Positions 32,146 to 43,458 of a DNA stretch of 64,000 nt are shown piece by piece (position 1 is the first letter of the stretch; the number at the start of each line of letters is the position of its first letter). Both the position numbers and the translations under genes were made by a program. The notes under the pieces are model-generated. The model saw only the letters and a program-made list of their open reading frames with translations, did no database searches and was not told where the DNA came from. The stretch comes from the human T2T-CHM13v2.0 reference genome, Homo sapiens. The stretch lies in the NCBI RefSeq assembly GCF_009914755.1, contig NC_060925.1. The stretch is one strand, 5' to 3'.

Positions 32146-33299
32146 AAAGATAAATGTGTTAAGCAATTAGAGTGGTGCCTGCCACACAGCAAGCACTCAG
32201 TAGGCCTCAGCCCTCATCACCCCTGCCTCCCCAGCCTCATCTCTCCCCTCACATCCACTCATCAGTCTATTTTAGCTGGGTTGGCTCCCTCTTGGGCCCT
32301 CGTTCTCACCACACTCCCTCTCTCCACATGGCTTTTGCATGTGCCATTCCCTTTGGGCCTCTATTTCCTTCCCTGGAAGAAGGCACCATCCTGGAGGCAC
32401 AGAACTCAGCGCGCTAGAGTAATTGACCTGAAAGGCACCTTAGGAGCCACCTAGCCATCTCCTCATTACACAGATTGGGAAACTGAGGCCCAGAGTGGGG
32501 AAGGGACAGGTCCAGTGTCACACAGCAAGTTCACACTAGAGCCAGGACTAGAACTCAGGTCCCTGACATTGATCCCAGAACTCTTTGCGCTGCCCATCAC
32601 AGCTCACTAGTTCACTCGCTTCATAAATATTAAGCCTCACTTTGTGCTGGACCACAGGCAGATGTACACATACAGAAATAACTCTGATTCAAGGACAGTT
32701 GAGGCCAGAGCTTTTGAAAAAGGGTTTATATCCGGGCTGTGGGAGCCCACCACAGAGAGCAGTCAATGCCAGGCTGACTCAGGCCTGCTCATGGGGGAGG
32801 TGGGAGGTAATGATATCAGAAGTGGGCCCTGAAGAAGGAGCAGGGTAAAGCTGGGAGAGGGCATCTCAGGCTTAACAAATATTACACATTCTGAGACTTA
32901 TGGGATGGATGTGTGTTGGGGTAGCTTCCCTAGACTAGTTGGAAACCTGCGGGGAAAAGGGAAAGTGGCAGAGAGAAGAGATCCAAAGGGGAATTGGGGC
33001 CAAGCAAAAGGAGGAGCTGGAAGACCAGCTGCCCTGCCTCACTCTTCTGCAGAAGCCTCCCCAACTCCCCAAGGGCTGCCTTTCCTCCCTCACTTACTAG
33101 GTCAAGTGAGGATGGACATAGCACCTTCTATCTCACTCCCAGCTCCCCTCTTTCAGAAAGTTACCAGGTGCCTCTTCCCCAGCCAGGCTGTGGTGGACTT
33201 TCCCATCAATAGCCACTGCTAACAGAAGCTTGGAGGGGGGCAGCATTGAGAGCCCTGGGTCTGACTCTGTCAGGAAACAAGCCTGGAGGGTTCACCCGT

Positions 33300-33772
33300 G
33301 CTCTGGATGTAATCAGGATGTAACGCGGGGGAAGCCAGTCAGGAGCAAAGCCAAGGTTAATACCAAGGATGGAGCTTCAAGGAGTTAGAAGGCAGGGTCC
33401 GGGCTGGGGGGCTGGAAACCTAGGTTCAGTGCCTTCCCAGCCCTCACTATCCCTAGGCAGTGCTGTTCCTCATGAGCCTCTGCCCCTGTGGCAGCCCACA
33501 GCCAGGCTAAGACAGGGCTGGGGACAGCATTCCTCTCCCACAGCCCTCCTTCCTCCCTGGTTCTGGTCTGAAAACCCAGTCACCCTTCACTCACCTAGCT
33601 AGGTACCAAGGGTAGGACTTATTACCGAGTGCCCTGCCATCTGCCCCAAGGTAGTAAATGAGGGCAGAGGAAAATTGCAACCTCCCCATGTTAAATGTGT
33701 AAAAGGAAAAAGACTCTGAGGCCACAAGGCTTGAGCGGATCACAGGGAGCAAGCACCAGACTGAGGGGAGGC
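33300..33772 (+). promoter_or_regulatory. Decayed copy of the renin proximal promoter and 5'UTR
   Basis: CCCTTCACTCACCTAGCT...TGCCCTGCCATCTGCCCCAAGGTAGTAAATGAGGGCAGAGGAAAATTGCAA...TGTGTAAAAGG...CCAGACTGAGGGGAGGCATGG resembles the recalled human REN promoter. HOX/PBX-like site at 33652-33661 and TATA position at 33698-33704 are both mutated. The 5' boundary is approximate. Confidence 0.85.
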
Positions 33773-33871
33773 ATGGAGCAGTGGAGGAGGAGACTCCTTG
33801 CTGGGGACTCCTGCTGGAGCTCTGCGGCCCCTGCACCTTCAGTCCCAATGCAGACACTGGTGCCTTCAGAC
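33773..33871 (+). pseudogene. REN: REN-like exon 1 (signal peptide), frameshifted, donor site deleted
   Basis: MEQWRRR, then a +2 frameshift, then PCWGLLLELCGPCTFSPNADTGAFR, versus renin MDxWxRMPRWGLLLxLWGSCTFGLPxDT..F(K/R)R. No GT follows. Confidence 0.9.
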
Positions 33872-35965
33872 CAGCCAGAGATGGGGTGGCAGGGGTACAA
33901 GTGTTCCCACCTTCCTAACATCCCCAGTTTTTGGATATGTGATGTCATCCAATCCTCATGACCCAGACAAGGAGGATCCCATTCCAAAAGGTCAAGTGCC
34001 AAAGTCACACAGCAAATAGATCGGTGGCACATAGGTAGGCCTAATAGCTGTGTCTTTTGATTCCTGCCTGGAGGCCCTGCTAGGCACCCCTTGCTAGGCA
34101 TTGTGGGAAACTCAGAGATGTTTGAGACATGCCCCTTGCCCTCAAGGAGTTTGCAGCTTAGCTAGTAAAAAGGGCACGCTTAAGATGGTAGCATCCACTC
34201 CTGCCTGTGAGAGCCTCCAGCCTGCCAGCCTGCCCTATGGATTTTGGGTTTGTCAACACCCACATGTCACAAGCCAATTTCTTGAAACAAAAAAAAAAAA
34301 AAGAGAGAAGAAAGAAAGAAAAGGAGGTGGGGCATGGGCACAGTTAGCTCTACCAGAGAAACAGCACAATACAGTGGTTAAAAGTAAGGCTTGTAGAGTT
34401 CAATGTTCTTGGTTTAAACGTCATTCCACTAGCAGAACTAATGAGGCCTGGAACCATGGGTAAGTTCCTTAACTGCTCAAGTCTCAGTTCATTCATTTCC
34501 AAAACAGGGATATTGGCAGCACCTGCTCCATGGGTTGCTTTGAAGATGTAATGAGATAATGTATGTAAAGCTCTTAGCGTGCTGCAGCGAACATTGTAAG
34601 AACTCTGCTGTCATTAGTACTAAGGGCAGATTATCATAAATGTTAAGATGTAAAAGGCAGCAAAAAGGCAAAAGAAAGGATTAAGGCAGCCTAAAGGGAG
34701 AAGAAAAATTATCCGTTCTGTGCCAAGTCCTATGGGAACAAGCAATTCATTAAGGCTGGAGGAAGGAAGGAGGCAGGGTTGGAAGAAGATCTCAGAGAGA
34801 AAGAGGATTTCAGTTTGGGGAGTGCAAATGGGATCAGAAGACCTGAAGGTAAGTAAGCGGGAAGGTTTTTTAGTAGTCATGGTTGCTAAGCCTGTAAAAT
34901 GCTCCAGATTTCACGGGATCTTTTCTCATGTCTCATCTTCAATCACACTCCCAACAATCCAACATTCCCATTTTCCAATGAGGATATTGAGTCTCAGGGA
35001 AGTTGAGCGGCAAACCTTGGGTCATAAGTAAGAGTCTGAGCCTGAACACACACCTGACTTTTGTTTCCAAAGCCTCCTTTCCCTGCCCCAGGTCCCCAGG
35101 GAAAAATTGTTAGGCTGGGGGTAGGATGAGGGGGTGGGTGACCACAGGCCCAGGGCAGCCCCACCCACCTCCCTGTAAAGGTATAGGGAGGTGGAAAATG
35201 TCCTTCCTTGTTCTCTTCCAAAAGAAAAGATTCAGAAGAAAATTGGGCCAGGGGTGGAAGGGGAGTCAGGCTTTTGAAACACAGTTATAGAAATCTCTCA
35301 GCTGTTACGTGCAGAGCATCAGGCAGGGCGCTTCTTGAGATCTGCTTCCATGAACCCATTCTCAGGGTGCACTCATTGCCTTATGCACACTCAATTTACA
35401 TTGACTGAGCAGTGGGCAGCTCATTTAATCTGCACAGAGACCCTCTGAGGTAGGTGCAAATATTAAGCCCATTTTCATAGAGGTGCTTAGAAGAGGCCCA
35501 GACAGGTTAAGTTGGTCAGAATCCCACAGGTAGTAAGAGGAGGTACCTGGATTCACATGTGCCCCCTTGCCCACTACTATGCCCTCCACACCATATGGCA
35601 CCACCTCCACAAGCCTCAAGCTGTGCAGTGACAGCTGTGGGGCCCCAGGAAAAAACTGTGCAGGGGCAAAGGGAAAGGGGAGGCCAGTGTGGACGGGAAT
35701 CCTGGAAGTAAGCTTCCTAGATGAGGTACACATGCAGGGCTTTGAAGGGTTAAAGACCTGGGAGGAAAACAGGAATTGGAGAAGGAAGTGATTTTCTGAA
35801 AGGGGAATTGGCAAAAGTAAAGTTTCTGGGCAAAAGGCTGTTTGGAGTGAATAGTGGGGAATGCATCATCTTTGGGGTAAAGCCTTCTCTGACCTTCCAT
35901 CTCCCCATCCATAAGAGGAGAATAATGAAATTACCTGCGTCATGGGGAGGGTGAGAATCAAATAA

Positions 35966-36310
<345 letters not shown>

Positions 36311-37504
36311 TAAACTGCTGTATAATTATGACAAGTCATTTTGATTATAACCTTATGCTGACAGGCATGAAAGTTGTGTTCATGTTGTGGGGCACAATGG
36401 TGGGACAGTAAATAGAATGTGCAGGGTATGAAAAAGAAAAAGTAGTGGAACTGAAGGACGACCTGCAGCCGAGAAGTAAGGGAAAGTCCACATAGGCATG
36501 GGGAAAGGCTACTTTGCAAAGCTAAGTTTGCCTGGGACCCTGGGGCCTCTTGGACAACAGCTGAGGGCATCTTCCTCCAGGCTTGTTTAAACAATCTTCA
36601 TGTCGGTGAAGCCCAGGAGGTCTTTATGGAAATATGTCAGGCCCTTCATCAATTCTGAGCCACCTTCATTCCATTGAGCCTCATTTTCCACATCTATAAA
36701 ATGGGGATAACTCAGCTAGTTTGCGGAGTTGCTGTGGGCAGTGCACAGGGGGTGTGCAGTGTTTGACATGCACCGAGAACAGCTCAGTATGCTGGGAGTT
36801 TCCTAGGTCTCTTTTTAAACTCTGCTTCCCAAAGGTGAGAGGATGGTATCTGGACAAAAAGCTGAGGAACTGGGACTGGGCCTAACCTCATCTTTCTTAA
36901 GGACAAGGTGCACAGGTGCTCTGGCTATGCCGACTTCTCCTTGCCCAATCCAGTTTAATCTGACCACCTTACCCTCTATCCCCTGGCTGAGTACCTGCCC
37001 CCAGGTGTCCCAGAGCCCCAGCAGGCTGTGGTGGGCTTCTGCTGCCACCTATAGGCCCCATGTGGCACTGCCTCCCCCTGTCCAGCATTGAGGCCGGCAT
37101 TCCCAGCTTTCACCTCCTCAAAGGGGATGCCATTGCATGTTTCCTCATCTGTCTCCCTGCCTGCTAGAGTGCCTTAAAGGCAGTGATTATCTGCTTTACC
37201 TATATCTCCACTATCCGGCCCAGTGCAAGCGCAGAGTAGTTGTTCAACACGTGCAGAAGGAATGAATGAGAAAATGGCCTTGCAGTGATGGAGATCACAG
37301 AAAAAACAAGAGGAACTTAGTCGGGGGTTATTTAATGCCAGCACAGGTGACTCACGGAGGCTTGTAAATTTCCCTTCAGAGGCTTTAGGAAACAAAGTAA
37401 TTCTTAAGTGCCTGGGTTAAGGTTAGGGCAGTTGTGCTAGAAGCAGGGGGTGATTCAGGGAAAGTACGGGTCTCTTCTATTTTTGTTTCACTTCCCTGGG
37501 CCAG

Positions 37505-37633
37505 GACCTCCCCCTAAAAAATGTCCACAGTCCAGGAAAGCCTGAAGGAGGGAGTCATAAATGTGGCCTGGCTCAGTGCCAAGTGGAGACAGTTCAATGA
37601 GGCTCTCCTGTGGCCCTTACCAACGACCCGGAT
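37505..37633 (+). pseudogene. REN: REN-like exon 2 (prosegment)
   Basis: ccag|G ACC TCC CCC TAA AAA ATG...GAA AGC CTG AAG GAG...CTT ACC AAC GAC CCG GAT|gtgagt = TSP*KMSTVQESLKEGVINVAWLSAKWRQF...LTNDPD, versus [29 protein letters not shown]...LTNYMD. Stop at 37515-37517; ~20-nt deletion near the processing site. Confidence 0.92.
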
Positions 37634-37729
37634 GTGAGTGCCTGGCTCGGCCCCTCCTTCCTCCCTATCTCTTTTCTTTCTTGGACCCGAGGCTTTCTTT
37701 GCCTGCAAGGCCCACTCTTTCTCCATTGC

Positions 37730-38093
37730 CTTTAAAAAAAAACAGATTTAGGGGGTACAAGTGCAGTTTTGTTACATGGATATATTGTGTAGTTGCAAAG
37801 TATGGGCTTTTAGCTTAGCTGTCACCTGAATAAATGGTGTAGATTGTACCCATTAAGCAATTTCTCATCCCTCACCCACCTCCCACCCTTCTAAGTCTCC
37901 AGTGTTGACTACTGCATTTTCTACATCCAGGCGTACAAATTATTCAGCTCCCACTTACAAGTGAGAACACGTGGTATTTGACTTTCTGTTTCTGAGTTGT
38001 TCCAAAAAAAAAAAAAAATGGCTTCCAGTACCATCCATGTTGCTGCGAAAGACATGATTTCTTTCTTTTTATGGCTGAGTAGTATTCTACGGT

Positions 38094-38135
<42 letters not shown>

Positions 38136-38215
38136 CATGTTTTCTTTATCCAGGCATTCATTGATGGACATTTAGGTTGCTTCCATATCTTTGCTATTGT
38201 GAATAGTGCTGCGAT
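37730..38215 (-). mobile_element. L1MA-type 3' fragment in intron 2 of the renin pseudogene, containing a (CA)n tract
   Basis: GGGGGTACAAGTGCAGTTTTGTTACATGGATATATTG...CTCCCACTTACAAGTGAGAAC...TTTGCTATTGTGAATAGTGCTGC. Confidence 0.85.
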
Positions 38216-38741
38216 TTTTTTTATGTTCTCCACTGTCTTTGACTGAGGAGCTGAGAAGCATATGAACACCCTAGAAAATTCCCTTTATACAGCTGGAAAG
38301 CCTGAGACACATAAGGCAAGAAGGAGCTCAGAAACCAGAGTCAGGATCAGGTTTATAATCAGGCATCCAGGATCTGGCCCTCAAGCCCAAGTGTCACTGA
38401 TGGATGGGGAGGGGAATGAGACCTCAGGCAGGGTTTTCTGTGACTGGCTGAGCACAGCTTGGCCTCTTACACACCAGAGGCTACTTAAGGGTCTGGACAC
38501 CTTTCAGTTTCGTTTTCAATGTCTTTATTTTGCCCCCTTGTCTCACTGAGGCTCCCACTTTCTAGGAAGTCATAAGACAAGGCTAAGTCTCCACCCCAGT
38601 CCCTGCTGGAAAATGGAAACCCAGAGCACCTATATGATCTGCTGAATCCCACCCTGAGAGCCAAGGGTGAAACCAGGGGAGACCCAAAAGCCCAAGGCTT
38701 CTGCACTCCCTTGAGCAGCCCCCTTCCTTTTACCCCGACAA

Positions 38742-39220
38742 ACCCAGTCCTATGGCAGGAGAGGCACTGGCATCTGCTATGGTCTGAATGTTAGTGTCCC
38801 CCAAAATTCACGTGTTGGGACCTAGTAAACAGTGTGATGGCATTACAAAGTAGGGCCTTCGGGAAATGATTAGGTCATGAGAGCACCACCATCAAGAATG
38901 GGATTAGTGCCCTTTTAAAATAGGCTCAGGCAAGCTCCCTGGCCTCTTCAGTCATGTGGGGACACAGCAGCAAGATGCCATCTATGAAATAGAGCACCCT
39001 CACCAGATACTGACTCTACCAGCACCTTGATCTTGGACTTCCCAGGCTTCAGAACTATGAGCAGTACGTTTCTGTTGTTTACCCAGTCTAATGCATTTTG
39101 TTACAGCAGCCCAAACAGACTAAGACAGCACCCCACTCCAGACCTTCAAAGTTGCCTTTGCCATGGGTTCAGCCAACCTCTGGGTGCCCTCCACCCAGTG
39201 CAGCCCTTACACTGTTTGTG
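38742..39220 (+). pseudogene. REN: REN-like exon 3 (first catalytic motif), interrupted by an LTR at 38775-39127
   Basis: TQSYG...[LTR]...TPLQTFKVAFAMGSANLWVPSTQCSPYTVC, versus [41 protein letters not shown]. DTG->AMG at 39160-39168; acceptor AG->AA, donor GT->CT. Confidence 0.93.
38775..39127 (+). mobile_element. MLT1A/MLT1A0-type MaLR solo LTR inside renin exon 3
   Basis: TGCTATGGTCTGAATG..GTCCCCCAAAATTCA...GCAGCCCAAACAGACTAAGACA; TSD GCATC (38770-38774) / GCACC (39128-39132). Confidence 0.88.
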
Positions 39221-39828
39221 CTGAGCCACAGGACCTTTGGTGCCTCTTCCTAAGTCTCCTGCCCTGCCATGGTTGGGCAGTCCTGCCTCATGCCCAGCTA
39301 AATTCCTCCTGCTACCATTGCATCTGCTTCCTCCCTGCCTCTGCTCCCATTGGCCCTGAGAAGAGAGAGAAAGTTGTCTCCTAATTTCTAAATATGGTCA
39401 CCAAAGTAAAAACTGTTCCAGGAGCCCCTGGTTCCACCCCGGAGGCCATATCTCAGTCTTTCTGAGATTGAGACAGGATTGAATTTTCAAACTCACCCCA
39501 AGCGGACACCTCCATTCCCATCCTTAGTCAACAATGTCTTGAGTGCTTAGTCTGTGTCCAGAATCCTCTTCCCATTCTGGTGGTAGCAATTATTTTAAGA
39601 GTATCATTTGAGACAAAATTGTCAGAGGTATAGTTACATAATAGGAGCTGAAAAACACAGTCTTTGATTGGTGAAATAATTTGTCCAAGTGCCTGACCCC
39701 AGGACCAACCTATCCTTATACCTAAGCTAAGTCTGCAACCATATTGGCCAGACCTACACACAGCCTGCCTCAGAGCCCCACTGCCAGGACCTCACTTGGA
39801 TAGACCTGAGCCTATGCCTCTCTGCCAG

Positions 39829-39948
39829 AGACTCAGAATCACTAGGACTCCTTGGGATCCACCAGGTACATGGAGAATGGGACAGGATTCGCTATCCACT
39901 ACAGTTCAGGGGAAAGTCAAACGCCTCCTGAGCCAGGACATGGTGACT
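39829..39948 (+). pseudogene. REN: REN-like exon 4
   Basis: gccag|...TQNH*DSLGSTRYMENGTGFAIHYSSG(+1)KVKRLLSQDMVT|gtgagt. Canonical splice sites; stop at 39843-39845. Confidence 0.92.
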
Positions 39949-40249
39949 GTGAGTGGGGCCACCCCAGGCCATCTGACGTCTGCTTTTCTTGTCCCAAGGC
40001 TCCCTTCCCTTTCAGGGCTCATGCCTGGGGGAAGGTGCCCTCTGGCCCACCCTAGAGCCTGGAACATTGAAGAACACCCAGCTCTGCTGGAGCTGCAAAG
40101 AAGCAGAGTCTGTGATGGAGCAAACAAGAGCTATTAGCTAAAAGCTGGGGGGCTGTAAAAGGGTTTGCCTCTCACTTGCATGTAGGGCAAGTGACATGGA
40201 GACCACCCCCTGTGAAGAGCAATAACTCATCTCACACAGAGATGGCCAA

Positions 40250-41210
40250 CTTCATTCATTCATTCATTTCTTCATTTGTTTTCTTGTTCATTCATGGAGT
40301 CAATAAATATTGGGTGCTTATGTGCCAAGCATTGTGCTAGGCTCTTGGGGGTACAGCAATGAACGCAGTGAACAAGATAGAGCTGCTACCCTCATAGAAT
40401 TACTCTCTAATAAGGAAGACATGAACCATTACGATGTGATAAGTGTTGCAGGCATACTGGGAGCACAGGGATTAAAACCGTAGATGCTTTCCAATTCTAG
40501 GCCGAGTTTGTGTGCTGGGTCGACTTGGGGGCACTGTTGTCAGCTTTTGAGAAGGTTTGTGATCTGCTCCAAGCTGCTGGGTTTAGAAAGATGGTATGAG
40601 CTGGAGACAAGGTACATAAGGGTAAGAAGGTGAGCCATAAGCCAGCAGCAGAGATGATAAAGACAGATAGGGTCAGAGTCCAGGGAAATCTCAGGTAAAA
40701 TGGAGAGAAGTCTCTGGTTGGTGAGAGGAAGGGAGGCAGTGAGAAAAAGCCACTCTGCAGTCCGGTATGGTCTTGGGAAAAACCGTTTTAAAGGAGGGGG
40801 ATGTGGGGTAAGGGCAGATGGCAAGCAGCTAAGAGGTAGATATTGGTGTCAGGAAGTAGAGGTTGCAAATGTAGGCTGCCCTGAGAAATTCAACAGGAAA
40901 GGGAATGTGGTGGGTAGGAGGTTGGGGGTGAGATCCAGAGAGAAGCAGGGTAAGGAAGGGTGAGGGTTTTTAAATGCTAGGAGATGCCTGAGTATGCTTA
41001 TAGGTGGGGGAAGAAGCCAGTGGAAAAAGAAAGACTGAAAATCAGGAAAAAAGAGGAGATAATTAAGAGCAGAGGAGCCTGGAGGCTCTGGGAGGGATGC
41101 AGAGAAAACAAGTAGGAGGAAGGCAGGCTTCCTTGAGGAGGGGCTTACCTCTTTATCCCAAGGAAAAGGAAGGAATGTGAGATCCTGAGGTATGAAGAGG
41201 GAATGGGAGA
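40250..41210 (-). mobile_element. L2 fragments between renin exon 4 and the micro-exon
   Basis: (TTCA)n...TATGTGCCAAGCATTGTGCTAGG L2 tail and purine-rich L2 body. Confidence 0.6.
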
Positions 41211-41654
41211 AACTTGTGCTAACACATGCGCTATGTAGACTTTGCGCACTTGCAATTATACTTGCACAAAATAACATGGGTCGCCTACACACACATGCAC
41301 ATATGTGTGCATGTATGCGTGCCTCCTATCACGAATGCTGGGAAATCACATCACACACACATGCACACCCTGGAAACCAGGCCTGAGGTAGCCCCTGAGC
41401 TATGGGAGGCGTCTTGCTGTGTGGAGGGGAGGAAAGCCAGGGGAATCCGTTTCAGACCTGGCACCAGGAGCCCTGGCTCCAGGCTTTCACTTGTCCACAC
41501 ACAGCCCAGCTGACTTCAGGGAAACGACTTCACTTCTGGTGACTTTGTTGCCTGAAGGGTGAATGAGGGTGAATCATACCCACCTTGCCAAAAACAGGGC
41601 TACTGAGGCTCACCTGAAAGAAAAGCTTCCTTCCTGCTGTCTCTTCCCCTGCAG

Positions 41655-41663
41655 AAATTCCAA
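41655..41663 (+). pseudogene. REN: REN-like 9-bp micro-exon (exon 5A/6)
   Basis: cttccttcctgctgtctcttcccctgcag|AAATTCCAA|gtaagg. The recalled human micro-exon is AGATTCCGA|gtaagg; position upstream of exon 7 is correct. Confidence 0.85.
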
Positions 41664-42193
41664 GTAAGGAGATGATCACCCAGGAGGCTCTAGACACTCC
41701 AATACTTCCTGACCACCTGACCCACAGCACCCACCCGAAGCTTATTGCAACAGGTCCAGGCTCTGCTGATGACAAAGTTCTCAGTCTCTTCTTCCTGCTA
41801 TCTTCATGCCCCCACCCACTCCTCACTGAAAAACCTTCCCAGAGTCCCCTCCCAAGCACCTACTCAACCAGCAGCAACACAAACCCAGGTGGGGCCAGTT
41901 TGTGCCTTGTTTGCATTCCACCACTGTCCTTGTTTCTTTTCTGTGACCTCTCTGGGGATGCTTTGTTGGGTACACCTAGGCTATCCTGGAAAAATCTCTA
42001 GTCAGACTTGGCAAAGGCAAAGAAAGGTAGAGCACATGCTACTGACGGCTTCTGAGCCTTGCCCCCTGTCCCACCTTCCTCCAACCTCAGAGCCCTCTGC
42101 CCTGCCCCACACCCTTGCCCACGTTCCTTGGTTGTTTGGGTCACTGGCTCTCTGAGGTTGCAGGTCTTCAAGAGTTTCTGATCTTTCCTTTAG

Positions 42194-42311
42194 AAATTTC
42201 CACTTGCTGGGGGAGAGATTGGGCTGGGAGGCAGCAACCCTCAGTATTACCAAGGGAATGTCCACTACCCGAGCGTCAGCAAGACTGGCTCCTGGTAGAC
42301 CACAGGGAGGG
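42194..42311 (+). pseudogene. REN: REN-like exon 7
   Basis: tttag|NFHLLG(-1)[27 protein letters not shown], versus [35 protein letters not shown]. Donor GT->GC. Confidence 0.92.
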
Positions 42312-42683
42312 GCTTGGAATCCTCAACTCTCCCCACACTCCAAAATGCTGCTGTCACTGGGGTTGGGGTAGGTCAATATCCTGCCCTGTCCCCAAATGCA
42401 GCCACTTCTCAAGGCACAGCCAGTTTTTGCTCTGCCTTTTTTGTCCAGGGATGGGGAACATGGCGATATGAGGGATGGTGGGGCAGGGAACTAATGAGAG
42501 GCAGGAAAGTGTCACCAAGCCACATGCTGAGGGTGGGGGATGGCACCGTTTCTCCTCCTTACTCCTCTGCCAATGCATCCATGACAACCACTGGCATGAC
42601 CTCCAACCCCTCAGACTCCCTCAGAAAACACCTGCAGGCTGCTTGTTCCCCATTGGCCTCTGTCTGCCTGTGCCCTTTCCCAG

Positions 42684-42827
42684 CATGTATGTGGGGTCTG
42701 TCCCCTTGGTCTGTGAGGAGGGCTGCACAACAGTGGTGGGAATGGCTTATCTTGTATCTTAGGTCCCTCTAGCTCCCCAAGGCTGCTCATGGAGAACTTG
42801 GTTACCAAGGAGCTTAGCACAGATGAA
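42684..42827 (+). pseudogene. REN: REN-like exon 8 (second catalytic motif)
   Basis: cccag|MYVGSVPLVCEEGCTTVVGM(-1)LSCILGPSSSPRLLMENLVTKELSTDE|gtaaga, versus [43 protein letters not shown]. Catalytic D replaced by G, plus a frameshift. Confidence 0.93.
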
Positions 42828-43114
42828 GTAAGATACCCACACTGAAGCTGAAGGCATGGCACTCAGACTAGCAGGGAGCCACCTGGTCCAGGCCACAGAA
42901 TTGCCCTACATAGCATCAGGTCCCAAATGAGACCACTTCAGGTCCTTGCCTCCTTATCTCTCACACACTCTTCACAAGTGTGGCCTGGTCCCCGAGGGAG
43001 GTAGAGCACTGCGCCCAGCCCTGTTCAGGGGAGGCGCCAGACCACAAGCTCAGGTTCTGTGTCTGCCCAGAGGGCCTGCAGGCTCAACTGGGCTCCCTTG
43101 CCCACCTCCCCCAG

Positions 43115-43213
43115 TGTGTCATGGACTGGAAGCAGATGCCCACACTGCACAATGTCTCCCACCACCTCGAAGGCAGGGACTGCATGCTCACCAGTGCAGA
43201 TGACGTACAACAG
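43115..43213 (+). pseudogene. REN: REN-like exon 9
   Basis: Exactly 99 bp / 33 codons, open: CVMDWKQMPTLHNVSHHLEGRDCMLTSADDVQQ, versus [33 protein letters not shown]. Donor GT->GC. Confidence 0.93.
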
Positions 43214-43299
43214 GCAAGGCTCAAGTGCGTGATGGGGAGGAAGGCTGGGCAGGGCCCTCTAAGAGGTGTGAGTCATTATGCACAGGTTACATGTCAAGC

Positions 43300-43458
43300 T
43301 AGTGGTTCTCAAACCTGGCTGCATATTAGAGTCACCTGGGGAGCTTTTAAAATTCCCAATACCTAGGCCTCATCCCATGCCTATTAAAGCAGAGCCTCTG
43401 GACATGGCAGCTGGGCATGAGTGTTCCGTACAATTCCCCAGGTGATTCCAATGTGCAG
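43300..43458. mobile_element. MER5-type DNA transposon in the last renin intron
   Basis: AGTGGTTCTCAAACCTGGCTGCATATTAGAGTCACCTGGGGAGC...GGTGATTCCAATGTGCAGCCAGGCTTGCAAATCACTG. Confidence 0.8.

Noticed and set aside
40499-40530. GGCCGAGTTTG matching a short piece of REN exon 5
   Set aside because: Only ~11 nt; flanks do not extend.
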